From positions 124,001-188,000 of the forward strand of contig JAWMAR010000872.1 in NCBI GenBank assembly GCA_036785375.1: a stretch of DNA of 64,000 bases. The letters are read 5' to 3'. The notes under the pieces were generated by a model. The model searched no databases. It saw only the letters and a program-made list of their open reading frames with translations, and was not told where the DNA came from. Below, piece after piece: positions 1 to 13,120 of the stretch. The DNA comes from Leucoraja ocellata. Its lineage: Eukaryota. Position 1 is the first letter of the stretch; each line of letters begins with the position of its first letter. Position numbers and translations under genes: made by a program.

Positions 1-392
1 TAGAGGTTTATAAGATTATGAGGGGCACAGATGGAGCAGAAAATCACATTCTTCTTCCCAGGTTAGGGGAGTCTGAAACTAGAGATTTAAGGTGAGAAGG
101 AATAGATATAAATGGGATCTGAGGGGTATCTTTGTCATACAGAGTATGGGGTATATGGAACGAGCTGCCAGAGGAGGCGATAGCGGCAGGTCAAATGTTA
201 AAAAGACATTTGGACAGGTTCATGGATAGGAAAGGAATTGAGATGTGGGCTGAGGGGCCTGTTCTTGTGCTGTACTTCTCTACATTGAATGTGGGGCCCA
301 AGGCAGGAAAATGCCTGGCATGTGATAGGCATCTTTGTCAGCATGGTTGAGTTGTGCTGAAAGGTCTGTTTCTGTACTGTATTATTCTATGT
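1..392 (+). mobile_element. CR1-clade LINE 3' fragment
   Basis: Degenerate ORF2 C-terminal motif (RV.G.WN.LPEE in ORF 132-350) followed by a typical CR1 3' UTR (gggctgaggggcctgtt..., ctgtttctgtactgtat). Confidence 0.75.
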
Positions 393-1071
393 GCTAAAGC
401 AAATATAGGTTAACATGTTTTATGCACAGCTTAGCTAAGGACAAGAGATATTTTTATGCAGTTCTGTTTGGTCAACAGTGAGTGGGGAGTGCCATGTACT
501 TACCTACATCATATCTGTACATGTTGTCAATTTCCCCAGTGAGAAATCCCTTCCTGAAATTGTCGTAACATTACTGTCTCACCATGGGGAAAGGAAGTGT
601 TTAAGGGAATTTTAAGGAAAAAAGTATTTAAGCTGCTCTCTTTAATGATTTGGATCAAAGTATCAGGTCATTGTCATTAACAAGGTGTCCCAAATCCTAA
701 AGATGCAAAAATCTCATAAGTGCAATCGTCCTTGGAATATTGCGTGCAGTTTCTGTATCAAGGCTTCAAAAAGATGGCAATTTGCAGGAGTGAGATTTTG
801 GGTGTAAAGATGGCTTTATGAATTAACATAGTTAATTATTTGTGCAAGCCTCATTGAATTAGCTTCACACTTACTCGGAACTGGAAGATAATCAAGATCT
901 TCACACTGACAAGATGCATAATTAATCTTGAATTAAATAGTTTATTTACCTTAGGACCGTGATTGGAAAGCCAGAAAGTTGATATGGATATATCTTCCCC
1001 TACTGTGAAACAAGGGTTGACCCACTTATGGAATCCTGCCTTGTAATTCTGATAACCTGGACTATGAAATG

Positions 1072-1116
1072 AAACATAGAAACATAGAAACATAGAAAAT
1101 AGGTGCAGGAGTAGGC
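1072..1116 (-). mobile_element. CR1 3' tail only
   Basis: (GAAACATA)n followed by aaataggtgcaggagtaggcc; reverse complement of the tails at 21898-21932 and 51238-51282. Confidence 0.75.
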
Positions 1117-1339
1117 CACCCATCGGCGCTATCACCAACTGCCACTTGTGTGATTCATATATTATTTTTCTCAAGTTGTTATCATGGTCTAGTTGTGCAA
1201 TACTTGCTGGGAACCACTATGGCCAGTTTCACCACTTCAGGAAGTGCAGCTTGAATACTGAGGAAAGTTCACTGACCAGCTCCACTTTAAGAGTAGGCTT
1301 TGAATTACTTGGTGTGTAATCATTGTTTTGCAAAACTGT

Positions 1340-1630
1340 GTTGGTTTTGTGTCATGTGTACTGAGGTACAGTGAAAAGCCTTGATTTGCATGCTATCCAA
1401 TAAGATCAGATAATACAATAATAAATGCAATCAACCCAACTTCAAGTACAAGTATAATATAAAGGGCACAGGGGAAACCACACAGTGCAGAATATGGTTC
1501 TCAGCATTATAGTGCACCAGTTCCATAGACAAGAGCAGCGTCTGCAATGGAGTAGAGGTGAATCAGACAGTACCCCGGCTTATGGAGGGAGCATTTAGAA
1601 ACCTAATAACAGAGGAGTAAGTTGCTTCTG
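1340..1630 (-). mobile_element. Degraded Rex1/Babar-like LINE 3' end
   Basis: gtcatgtgtactgaggtacagtgaaaagc is the reverse complement of the 3' end seen at about 27920-27960; degraded. Confidence 0.45.
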
Positions 1631-2893
1631 TAGGCAAATGCATCATCTTTTAACTTCCATAATAAGTTGCAACTGTATTGATAGTGCCAATGATAATATC
1701 TGAGCCATCCAATTTGCCTTTGCTGCAAAGTTTAATTATTCCAGGATTTCTTCCATGTAGAATTACTACACAGTCTATCTACCACAGCCTATTGCCTATT
1801 GACAAATACAAGTGATTAGTTAGCAATGTATTTAAATATTCTAGATTTTGAGAACATTTTTCAAGCAAAAACATGACTGGTTATAAAATGGGTGTGTATA
1901 AAATATAACGAAACATGGCATTAAGAACCTGTGGGCGCTCTTTCAGTTACTAACAATTGAAGCTGAAAGTTCAAACCCTATGTCTGATAAAGGAAAGATA
2001 TTTGTATGAAACAGGCAGTGATGTTCTTGAATTCTAATGACCAACGTTTCTTTAAATTAGATGTAATTCCAAACCCTGTTGATAAATCCCACCAGTTATT
2101 TTGCTGTTCCTTGGTAGCATCTTGGCCATGGAACCTTTGCTATGAAAGATAGTTGCTTCCATTGCTTTACAACTCAATTTTGCACCAGGACTAAGATTAT
2201 ATTGGAATGTGAAACTTCAATATTCTGATAGAAACAAAATTGAATATCAGTGGTTTGCAAGTAGATTCTGCTTGGTGAGACCATTAATAACCTCTTGCAT
2301 CCCCTATCAATTGTGTAGGAAGAGTTATAGCTGTCAATTGGCCAAGTCAACTTTATCTGTTATTTAAAAGATGGATTATATCAGAGGACTTTGGTGTATT
2401 GTTGGACAGATGGCAGTCACTGTTGTACTAACACATCTTCATAAAAGCAGTTGCTCGTTCTTGCACAGTTATACCATGTTATTGGGGTTAACATGTTTTA
2501 CTGAGCCGAGTCCACTCAGGTGTCTGGTAGAATAACATTGAAGTGTTTTCACACTGAATTGGTAGATACTGGTATCCATAACAATGAGGACCGTGGTAAA
2601 AAAGACATCAGATGGCAGTTTTGATAATAATCTGCTTTGTCCCTTATGTTCTCCTTTGTAGAGAGGAAACAGAAAGCCAATTGGATGTTTACTTAATATT
2701 GTTATTAGGAGAGTTCCAAGCCTTGTGCAGCTATTAAAATTCAAAGCTTGCAGAGCTGTTATTCAGGTAAACGATGAATGAGTCTGGAATAGTTGTCTAT
2801 GTTGCTCTTGGTTGATTGAATCAGTGGAACATGTCTTTCAGATTGGTCACTATTCTCAGATGCTATGATGACAATTTACCTGATAAGTGACAT

Positions 2894-3037
2894 GGGCCTG
2901 TCCCACTTAGGCGACTTTTTAGGCGACTGCATGGTCGCCATATGTTCACGGGTGTTTGCCGGGGAGTCGCCTTCATGGTCGCGAGGAGTTCCCGTATTCT
3001 GGAAACTATTTGCGACCTCATTATGGATGTTTCAACA
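2894..3037. mobile_element. Truncated MITE (PIF/Harbinger-like), left half
   Basis: Starts GGGCCTGTCCCACT, the same terminal inverted repeat (TIR) as 13354-13737. CpG-rich. Ends at tttcaaca, matching half of the central palindrome of the 13.4 kb copy. Confidence 0.6.
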
Positions 3038-3119
3038 ATAGTTTTCAGAACCAAGGATAACCGTCTCCACTCCTTCTCCCCCCTTCTCTCCCCTCTAAAG
3101 TAAGGTAATTGTGACAGTG

Positions 3120-4385
3120 GAGGACAAATGGGAATACTTATTGTATTCATCCTTAATGCCTGAAATCGTGGACCAATTTATGTCTGCACACAGTATGGCC
3201 AAGATGTGGCTTTGGGCTGTTTATTGCCAAGTATTAGTCAATACACAAATGCAAGGCAATGGCTACTTACTCCTGCCAATCTGTAGCATTACCTCCCTCA
3301 GGTCTAAAAACAAAGTTGCAGTTGTCCATTAAATGCAACTGGACCAGCTCCAAGTTCTATAGCTGTAAAAGCAGACCGGAGACAGGATAGCCTGCAATAA
3401 CTGGGAAAAATATACATCTTCTAGATGCGCTGGGACGCATCCTCAGTGATGTGATCTGGGGTCATCGGGTGTTTCGGGTCTCACAACATCAGACACCCTC
3501 GCCCAGGCGACCCAGCCGGGGTTGATCAGGCCCCGACTTGCGTCCCAGCAGCAAACGCCCATGGATCAGCCCTCTTAATAACTACTCTGCAGGGGTTGGG
3601 AGACTCTAGTTCATGGAGGGACTGGGCTCTGTGAGGTGAGTCCCGGCCGGGCTCCTCCTGCGTCTCACCAGGTTCAAGGCCCGTGCGCTGCACCTTTCTC
3701 CTCCGAGCATTTCATTCTGGCCTAATGGATTTTTAGGCCATGGTGGTTCATTAGGCCTTTCTGTAGCTTTATTGGGTGACTTTCTCACGAAAGACACAGA
3801 CTGAGGTACTAACCCAGCCTGTTCCGGGTGCCGTCTTTCCGTGCCGTCAACTGTCTCTCACCTCACGGCCAATACAATTATTTTTCCATCCACTAAGTAT
3901 AAAGTCTGGGGTATGATGAAAACCTCTCTTCCTTCTGGATAATTGCTGTTTCAACAATGTTGAAGAGATTGACGAGAAAAATAGCTCACACGATCAGAAT
4001 GTCCGACACTATTAAGATAAACATGCACTTCTTTCATTATCTGTGCACTGACATTGCAGCATTTGCCATCTACAAGATGCAGTATAGCAGTTTGTTAAAG
4101 CCTGTTTTTCTTAAAAAAAAACTTTACACACCACAATACTTCCATTATCCAAAAGCAGTGGGCAAATGGGAACGCCACCATCTCCAAGTTGCTCTCCGTG
4201 ATATAATATGCAAACCATTCCTCCATCATCAATATTGAAAACTTTGAGTTACTTGTTTAACAGCACTGAGGAAAGACATTCACCAGAGACGACAGTGCAT
4301 TTGAACATATGCTCTGCCATTAGTTTCTGAAGGGTATTAGTACTGGCTCTGCTAATGACACCCACTTCTAGTAATCTATTATAAA
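3120..4385 (+). mobile_element. Old CR1-like LINE 3' portion, interrupted by the HERO derivative
   Basis: Motifs ccatctacaagatgca, atgggaacgccaccatct and ctggctctgctaatgacacccac; homologous pieces at 6785-7520 (-), 27095-27870 (-) and 36105-36370 (+). Confidence 0.55.
3412..3870 (-). mobile_element. Internally deleted HERO-like (R2-group, RLE) non-LTR retrotransposon
   Basis: Minus strand reads NHHGLKIH*ARMKCS (3748-3704, zinc-finger remnant). PGETQEEPGRDSPHRAQSL..CRVV (3672-3580) is fused in frame to IKRADPWAFAAGTQVGA* (3579-3526). A HERO-type 3' UTR follows (gacccgaaacacccgatgaccccag..catcactga). Confidence 0.75.
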
Positions 4386-6784
4386 AAATAATCATTCAGT
4401 AATGCTAAAGTTTCTATTTGGTTGAGAATATAAATAATTTAAGATGGGATAAGTATATGTGCGCTCTGTGACGCATTTGAAATTACTCTACCATTTCGCT
4501 ACTTTGATTTTTAATCCTTTTTTAGACTAGTAGAAGTTGGGTTTGGAGATATTTTTATAGTAACCAAAGTAAACTGAGTAACATATGTATTTAATTGAAG
4601 AGGAAATTAAATTTAATGGTACATTTATCATTTCCTGAGAGTAAATTAACAATAAATCAATTTAAATAACATGCAAGCCTAGCGCTGTGCCATGATATAT
4701 ATTACACTGTGACCATGGAGACAGAATTATTAATGTTATTGAATGCCTATTTATTGTTTAGCATTAAAATTAGTTACCACGGTCGGATGTTTTTCATGCA
4801 AAATGAGCAATAAGGTTTCCAGAAGTAATTTATTACCAGCTTAGCTACAAGCCATGTCAAGATCAAGATTTTCTTTTAAATGACTTTACATGTTGACAGG
4901 AAATTTAAATGCCAAATTCAGAGCCTGAGAATAGTCTGTGTTATAATTTTCTGCATAAAGCAGACAACTTTTCCTCCACATGCTAATGAGTTATAAGTAT
5001 AATGCACCACATTAATATTTCACTTTTATTTTAAAGCTGAAATAAAGCAAATGTAATTGAGATAACTATATCTGTCAAGCCAAAGGCAAAGAAATTGAAT
5101 CTTGCATATTCACTGCAGAAAATAAATCCAATTATTGTACTAAATCTTTTTGGGAGATTACTAACAGTCAAGGATGTTGATAATAAATTGAATAATACCC
5201 ATTCTTGGATTGAGTATTTTGAAGGCCACAGGCAACTTAAATTTTCAGATTTTCAGAACTAATTAAATTAAAGGTATCACTAAATCTTCAAAAGAGATTG
5301 TTAACATTAAAAGACATGATTAATCAATTGCCATACGTCCTTAATTTTAATGTATTTGAAAATGATTTTAATTGCTCATTACAAAACCTCAAAAAATGTT
5401 TCTGCACATCTTTGCATTAGATATATTGACAAGAAATCATGACCCACTGTACCTCAACCAATGCGTGATGGCTGGATGTGGCATATTTTGATTTTTATAC
5501 AGAATATTTCCCACTGGAAATATTCAAATGGAAATTAAAAGTTAGCAAAGTCTCTATACAGTCGTGGTTTTGTTGGGCTGCATTCAATGTCTGCTGTATT
5601 GCTAAAATAATGGGAGACTCAGCAGCGTTGCATTGTTTTTCCAAATTGAATTCATATGACTTTACCCTTCAGTTTCCCAGGCAAAGCCAAATATGTTTAA
5701 AATAGTTTAAAATCACAGTATGTACTCTAACTGGTGCTTATCTGGTTGTAACAATGTGAAAGGAATTTAAATAGTTTTAATATAGTGTGTGTGCATGTGT
5801 GCATCAAGAGTGTGGTTTGGGAATCTGTTCGTGCTTGTGGACCTCTTTTTCCAGTGTATCCCACTCTGATTCACCAGGTATATAATATACCTTCACTCGT
5901 CCAATCTGCATTACTAATATTCAGGCATAAAAATGCACATGAAAGAAAAATTATTTCAGTAGCTCCTTTGATATATTTATGTCCTTTGTTGTGTTCTGTT
6001 TTGGTTGGATTTGGATACATGCAGAAACATAAGAATGCAAGGAAACTTGAGCAGGAGGAGGCCACCTGGTCTTCGACTATTCTGCTTTTCATTGTGATTA
6101 TGGTCTATCATAAGCCTCATCTGCACCAGATGCCAATTTGCCTGCTCTTTTAGAAATGCTGCTTCCTCCACTCTAAATCTCTAAAATGAACTAGCTTCTA
6201 CAACTCTCTGGGGCAGAGAATTCCACAGATAGATTGGGGGCAAAGTTAGAAATAGATACATTTTAAGATGCAGAGATGGAAGTAGAGAAGGCAAGAGATT
6301 GCCGATGATATTTGGCATCAAGCTTAAGAATTTAACCGTTATACACAGAGGCAAGATGCAGCCTTCCAGTCTAATCATTGTTCAACATTTTCAAAAATGT
6401 TGTACAGGTATTTCCAACATTTTTATGTCACTCTTTGAGCATTCAGAGGACCTTCCATAAATCATTCCAGATAATAATTTATCTTCCCACATATATTCAC
6501 TAATTTTCAACCAAAGTTCTGTTCTCTCATTTGTTCCATCAGATACCTATTGTCATTAAACCTTTACTGTTGAACACCTTATCAAATGTTTCTATTTATT
6601 TCCCCCCGACATCTTCTCTTTTCTCTGGATCTCAAATGTTGTTCATCCATCCCAGCTTTGCTAATGCTCATTGACCTGAAACATATTGACAATATCTTGC
6701 TTTTGCATGAATAGAGTTAACATTTTCTAAACATTGTAGTTTTCAATTTGTATTGGAATTTTATGTTTATTTTTTATTTTTTAA

Positions 6785-7520
6785 TTCAATATCAAGATGT
6801 GAGCATCACTTGCAAGGATAATATTACTTGTCCCCCTCACATTGATTTTGAGAAGGTATTTTGCTGAAGATATTCCTACAGTGCAATTTGTAAGAAGTTC
6901 CAAGGTTCAAGTCCAGTGACAAGTCATGATAGTATGCAGAGTGGATAAAAAACTGAAGGTGGTGGTATTCCGTGTGGCTGGAAGATGGCATAGCTTTGGG
7001 AAGTGCTGTTGGAGTAGCATGGGTTTGCAATGATTGTTCCTTTTGTAAAGGGTACACACAGTAGCTGCTACACACTAGCGATGAAGGGATTGAACTTTTA
7101 GTGTGGCTATGGGCAGCAATCAAGCAGAGTACTTTCATCTGGTGTGAAGATTCTTGAGATTTATTAATGCTACACTCATGCAGTGGAAATCATTTCACCC
7201 TGCTCTTGACATGTGCCTTTAAATCCCATGGTGTTTGAAGGTGTGTCACTTGCCACAGGATATTCAGTCTCTCACCTGTTCTTGGAGCAACAGTTTTTAT
7301 GTGACTGGTTTAGTTTATGTTCCAGTAATAATGGCCCTCAAGTACATTGATGATAGGGATTTGGTGATGGCAATACCATTGAATAATATGATTAAGTGAT
7401 GACATTCTTGTGTTGGACATGGGCATTTCTTGGCATATGGTCATTATCAACCTATGCCTGAATATAGTCTTGACCTTGCTGCCTGCAGGCATATGCTTTT
7501 TAATTTGGTGAGGAGATGTA
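6785..7520 (-). mobile_element. Old CR1-like LINE 3' portion
   Basis: Reverse-complement similarity to 3900-4385 and direct similarity to 27095-27870. Confidence 0.5.
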
Positions 7521-7789
7521 CTTGTGGTAACAATGTTCAGAATGAGCCGCTGCAGGATTTACTTCTCTGCTGCTAGGTATGGCAGAAAATAGCATTCAAA
7601 GCAATTACCTAAATTTAATTATTCTGCAAAATTAAAATGATTAGCTTCAGACACACATAACTTTTAATGTTTTAGAATGTGATATTTATTTTCACTATGA
7701 ATTTGGCGCACTGAGTACTTAAAATATAACCCTCTGAGACTTTAACAAGAATAAGGGACTGGTGACTATTTTCCTGTGCCTCTCCTCTA

Positions 7790-7998
7790 AGGACAACGGC
7801 CTGTTTCCTTTATCATTGTTGCTTTTTTGCATCTTTCATTCATTATTCTTTATCCCTCCACATCACCGTCTATATCTCTTGTTTCCCTTATCCCTAACCA
7901 GTCTGAAGAAGGGTCTCAACCCGAAACGTCACCCATTCCTTCTCTCTAGAGATGTTGCCTGTCCCGCTGAGTTACTCCAGGTTTTTGTGTCTATCTCC
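7790..7998 (+). mobile_element. Penelope-like element (PLE) terminal-repeat fragment with hammerhead motif
   Basis: Near-identical to 31485-31645; contains CTGAAGA-A-GGGT-ctca-ACCC-GAAAC-GTC. Confidence 0.8.
7901..7932 (+). ncRNA. Minimal type I hammerhead ribozyme motif (PLE-associated)
   Basis: CUGANGA at 7903-7909, stem II GGGT/ACCC, GAAAC at 7923-7927, GUC triplet at 7928-7930. Helix III is reduced to the palindrome ACGT. Confidence 0.6.
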
Positions 7999-8549
7999 TT
8001 CAAGTGAGGCAGGTATGTGAAAAAATATATTATCATACAGGCAGATGACATTTTGGATGAAATAGTTGGGCAGGGTACCCTGTCAATTGTTTCTTGGTAT
8101 TTTCAGCATAAACCCACTCTCTCCCACACTCCACCATACTGTCCTTGAGACTCTGGCCTCCTTTTATTCTAGCCCTGATTTTAATCTAATTGGCATATTT
8201 TTTCCAGAGTATCTCACATTGAATATTAACCAATTTTATTAACTTTTATTTTGAAAGCCTTTAAAAAAAAAAAAAAATCTTGTGCCACTGGAAGTGCAAA
8301 ATATTAGTTCTGGGAAATTTATATTTTCCCACCTTATGTGCACACAATGCTGGCACAATCTATTTTCAGATCAGCATTTAAAAAAATGAAATGATTTATA
8401 TAGTACCTTCTCTGCTCAGAATATGCAAAGAATCTCTTTCCTCTGTGATCTTCCATCCTGGTTCATCTTCAGAATCCACAATTATTCCATTCTCCACCAA
8501 AAAGCCTTTAAGTAATCTCAGAGGAAGATGTTGACATTTCTATAAAAGT

Positions 8550-8900
8550 CAAGTCAAATTGTCTTGTTTATTGGCATATGCAGGAGTAGGGTGAGGTACT
8601 GGTAAGTCTAAATTATACATAATTAAACAAATTCCACAAGATGGAGGCGCAAAATAGAATTATAAGACAAGTCCAAGGTAGAACAAGAGGTGGTTTGTCG
8701 TGTTCCATTGTCAAGGTAAGATTAGAGTAGTGCAGGTTGGTTTAAAAACCTGATGGTTGTAGGAAAGTAGCTGTTCCTGTACATGGTGGTATTGGACTTC
8801 ATGCTTCTGTAACTCCTGACTGATGATAACAGCAAGAAGAGGGCATGAGCTGGATCCTTGATGATAGATGTGGCCTTCTTCTGACAATGCCTTATGTAGG
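8550..8900 (-). mobile_element. Degraded Rex1/Babar-like LINE 3' end
   Basis: aagtcaagtca tail, then gtttattggcat and cctgatggttgtaggaaagtagctgttcctg. Confidence 0.45.
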
Positions 8901-11439
8901 TGTCACAAGAAGCAGGATTAAGAATATCCTGCTATCTGCATGGTGAAAGTTGAATCAGGAGCTTGCCATTACAGGTTTACGATGGGATGTACATAAAAAC
9001 ATAAGATGGACAGATATATTTTAGGGGAAACGGTACATAATGATGAAAGGAATTAGAAAGTGAGATGATGCAATGAGATGGAGTAAGAACAGATCAGGTC
9101 ATTATGAAACATTTAACACTGTGGTTGCCCCGAGTGATGTTTTTATAGTAAAATACAATGCAGACCTTGAGATTTGATCTCAGAAATGAAAGATGAACAG
9201 TTAAATAATTCTGCCTTCAAACTAATTATCTACTGTATTAACCCAATCCTTTATCTCCAATATCAGTTTTAAATATTTCATGCTTCTGTTTATTTTGCTC
9301 ACCTTTTATCTTTTCATTGCATTCCATTTATTATTTGTTTTTAAATAGTGAAATATCTGCGAATTCTCCAATTTTCAAGTTGATTATTATCCCTTATTAT
9401 TATCTTCATGTCAATGACATTTATGTAAGAATAAGTATCATTTATTTTAATTAACACAACTTTTGAGTTGATAACTTCAGATTGTGGTCTATAAATGCAT
9501 GTTCAATGTCACACATCAAGTTAAAGATGATCAGTATTATCTAGGCCACATCAAATGCACATTCATTTTCTATTTTTTGAGCTCTGTTGTCTGACCTACC
9601 CCGATCTGCCATAATAAGTCGCCTCTATACATATTCCTGAAGGTCAGGCACGGAACATTTTCTGCCAAATATCCCATCCTCATCTCCAATTCACCAGAAA
9701 GTCGAGTGATAGGTCACTCAGACAATGTAAACTGAGTTAAATCTGCTAACTTCGATTGGATCCTCTTTACCCTGATGTTCAGGAACCTTTGTTCCTCCAT
9801 GTAACATTTTTGATTCATATCCTAGACTCAACCCGAGAGGGTGTTTCACTAACTCGGGATTTGGACCAGCCAGAGCAGTAAATTGCAACAGTAAATTGCG
9901 ATACCTCAATAAGCAGGGTTTCTATTCGGATTTAATGTGGTGTGAAAAAATCATCAGATTTCATGTCTTCTTGCAAAGCAAAATGAAATGAGTTTTTTTT
10001 ACATTTGTACATGGAATATGGGTGCCAATGACCAGACAAGCATTTATTTCTAATCATGGATGGTCCTTGAATGCTAAGATGTTTCAGAGATCTGTTAAAA
10101 CTTCTCGGGTCTGGAGATACATTTAGACGTTCAGTAAAGGATGGTAGATTTCTTCCCAGATGGATATTTGATCCTCTCATTCCTCAAAGGCTGATGTGGT
10201 TTTGTGCTTTAGCAATCAGACAGTAAGGTTGATAGGTACTGCTACAAAATCAGTAAACATAATTTAATATTTATGCCTACATTTATATGTAGTTTTCTTG
10301 AAGGCAGAATCTATAGATACAGAGTTTATGCAAGGAAGGTATGGCCTTGACCGGCTAACAGAAACCAACACTTTTGGCCGATAATTTAAGCTAGTCTGCA
10401 AAGGCAAAAATGATTACCTGAAAATTTGACTGAATTATTTTTCCTGACTGTGCAAAATCCCAATGATCTGTCAAGGAATATGTTTGTGGAAGAGTTATGT
10501 GGAGTACGTTACATTGCAACAATCTGCGGTATAATTTAATGGAATCCTTGTTAAAATTGAGTTTCAGTAGCAGAGTTTTAAACCATTGGTGCTTAGTTGA
10601 GTGCATGTTATACACCTAGTGTGATTGGGCAGGGTTCAAAACTCTGTCTACTGCATTTAACTTCCCTCCTCAAGTCTGATGTTCTGAAAATAATGGCCAC
10701 ACTCAAAAATACTCAAACCATGAGAACTACCAAAAATGAAGCATTTATCTATTTTACACATTCCTGGTTATGAGCAAATTACTGTGTAGTGATGAAAAAG
10801 ATCAAGGGGGCAATTATAGTGTGAGAGAGTACGTTTCAGGGGTAGAGGGTCGTAGGAAGATAGGCAGTGGGAATGACTGGATTATTCTGCTGGGAATCGA
10901 CATTGATGTGCCGAATGGCCTCCTCCCTGTGTTGTGATACATAAAACAAAATATTGTTAGCAGTTTAAATGATTAAATCCATAATTATCACGAGGAGTTG
11001 CATGAAATGTTGTCCTTTAGGATTTGAGCTGGTACAGAGAATGGAAAAGTATTAAAAACAAAGGCGTTCTTGCTTCTGATTTGGAAGGTTGTTGTTTCAA
11101 TTTGAGCAAAAATGTTCTGACAAACCAGGGTGGTATTTAAATATCACTATTTGTCAAAGGCATTGCCGTTTGGTTGAAGTCATGAAAGGAATTCTGCAAA
11201 TGTAACTTCATTTAATAACATAAATTACTAAATAATATATGATTAGTACTAAGAGCACTAATAATTTAATATCCATAGTACTAACATAGTAATTGACTCG
11301 TACAGCATGGAAATAGACCTTCCGAGCCAACCTGTCCATGCTGACCATGATGTCACATCAACATCAGGAAACTTCTCCTGGGATAAACTTGATCCCATAC
11401 TTCCTTGTCCTTCCAGACCAGTACTAACATTTCTCTCAT

Positions 11440-11690
11440 CATCCAAGCTTCCTTCGACCCACCTGCTTTGTCCACTCTAACATGAACATTCATGCCTTGA
11501 ACTCTCATCGTCACACATTAAATTGCATCCCACAGTATGGATGACCCTTTGCCCGCAAACAACCAGGTCCCATCAACTTTAGCAAGTTCCTGACTGATAT
11601 CATCAAAGTTAGACTTGTTCAAGTTCAGAATTTTAACTCGCACCCCGTCCAGTCTTTATCTATAACTATTTCAAAGTTAATAGAACTCTT
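11440..11690 (-). mobile_element. CR1 ORF2 internal fragment (endonuclease-RT linker)
   Basis: Minus strand resembles NSI.F.IV.DKD..G..VKILN..K.NF; degraded. Confidence 0.45.
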
Positions 11691-12012
11691 GAAATGTTCA
11701 ATATAATTAATGACCTTAATAAACTTGTTTTCAGGGGTGCCATTTCATTTAGCTGGTACTTTAATAGATTGGAAGCAATAATATTGATCCAAAGGAAAAG
11801 CAATGTACAACCCTAGTGCATGAGGATCTACTAAAATTGGGCCATGCACATTAACTCATTAAATTGTGTAGAAAATATAAGATATTAAATTAATCTTTAT
11901 GGGTTGAGGAAATCTTGGCAAGATGAGCATTTATTAGCTATCCCTAAATATCCTCGAGGTGGTAGTAGTAAGAACCGCATCAGCCAGGGATATGAAGGTA
12001 TTACCACAGTAC

Positions 12013-12162
12013 AAAACACAAAGTGGAGGAACTCAGTGGGTCTGGCAGCATCTATGGAGGGAATGGACAGACACCATTTTGGGTTAATCCCAGCCAGCTG
12101 AGTTCCTCCAGCCCTTTGTGTTTTGCTCAAGATTACAGCATCTGCAATATTTTTTGTGACTC
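12013..12162. mobile_element. Old fold-back PLE-derived mini-element
   Basis: Inverted arms (caaaacacaaag..ggaggaactcag / ctgagttcctcc..ctttgtgttttg). Perfect 9-bp direct repeat ccacagtac at 12004-12012 and 12163-12171. Confidence 0.65.
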
Positions 12163-12283
12163 CCACAGTACTGATAAGTGGGGAATTCTCGGTTTTTGGT
12201 TCAGCAACAGTGGAGGTTGCTGGTACTGGATGAGGCAGAGATTGCTGCCATTCCCCATCACAATTGGGCAAACTCAACACAAG

Positions 12284-12495
12284 TATGTATGAAGGAACTA
12301 CAGAAGCTGGTTTAAATGAAAATGGACACGAAAAGCTGGAGTAACTCAGCAGGACAGCCAGCTTTTCTGGAGAGAAGGAATGGGTGATGTTTCGGGTCAA
12401 GAAGAAGAAGGGTCTCGACCCGCAATGTCACCCATTCCTTCTCTCCAGAGATGCTGCCTTTCCCACTGAGTTACTCCAGCTTTTTGTATCCATCT
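12284..12495. mobile_element. Fold-back (palindromic) PLE-derived mini-element
   Basis: Inverted arms of about 75 bp. 13-bp TSD with 2 mismatches: aactcaacacaag (12271-12283) / aactcagtacaag (12496-12508). Confidence 0.75.
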
Positions 12496-12899
12496 AACTC
12501 AGTACAAGAGCAGGCCAACTAGTCCCACTCCCTAGTCCCTAGTCTCTCTAACTCTGTTGCTCTGCAAATTTGTTTTCCTTTTCAAAATGTATTTAAAAAA
12601 GTATCGTGTACAGTTCCCTATTGAATGCAACAAATTAATTGCCTCCACCTTTCTTCAGCCACCAACCATGCAATATATTTTATATCTTAATATTTCACTG
12701 CCTTTAAAAAAAATCTCTTTTGGCTCGGCTCTGTAGCTACTCACCTTCATTCAACATTCTTCGGTTCTTGAGACCACCTCTTTTCTAAGTAAAAACATCA
12801 GCTTCTTCAATCTCTGTACATAATGAAAGGCCCACTTCACAATGGTGCTGATGGATGAACAGCCAGCCCACAGTGCCCATGCTCGGGCGCTCTCCGTAT

Positions 12900-13120
12900 A
12901 GGGTTGCTCAGTTTCTTCACACTTCTCAAAGATGTGTGGGTTGGAAGGTTAATTGGTCACTCTAGATTGTCCCTCGTGTCAGTGAGTGGTAGAATCTGTG
13001 GGGAGAACTTGGCGAGAATAAAATGTGGTATAAATGTAGGAGTAATGTGAAGGGATGTTTGGTCTGTGTGGACTCGCTGGGCTACAGAGCCTGTGTCAGT
13101 GCTGCATCACACTGTAACTC
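12900..13120 (+). mobile_element. V-SINE fragment (central V domain and 3' tail)
   Basis: Similar to 24150-24320 (caaagatgtg..ggttaattgg..ttgtccctcgtgt). Confidence 0.55.

Noticed and set aside
504-553. Minus-strand exon candidate with an ag|gtaagt donor (KGFLTGEIDNMYRYDV)
   Set aside because: Weak polypyrimidine tract, unrecognised peptide and no partner exons.
3786-3870. HERO 5' end as a canonical HDV ribozyme
   Set aside because: Topology is similar, but L3, P1.1 and the catalytic J4/2 C are missing; kept only as a possible pseudoknot.
11897-12400. 167-aa ORF
   Set aside because: It spans two PLE palindromes and a LINE tail.
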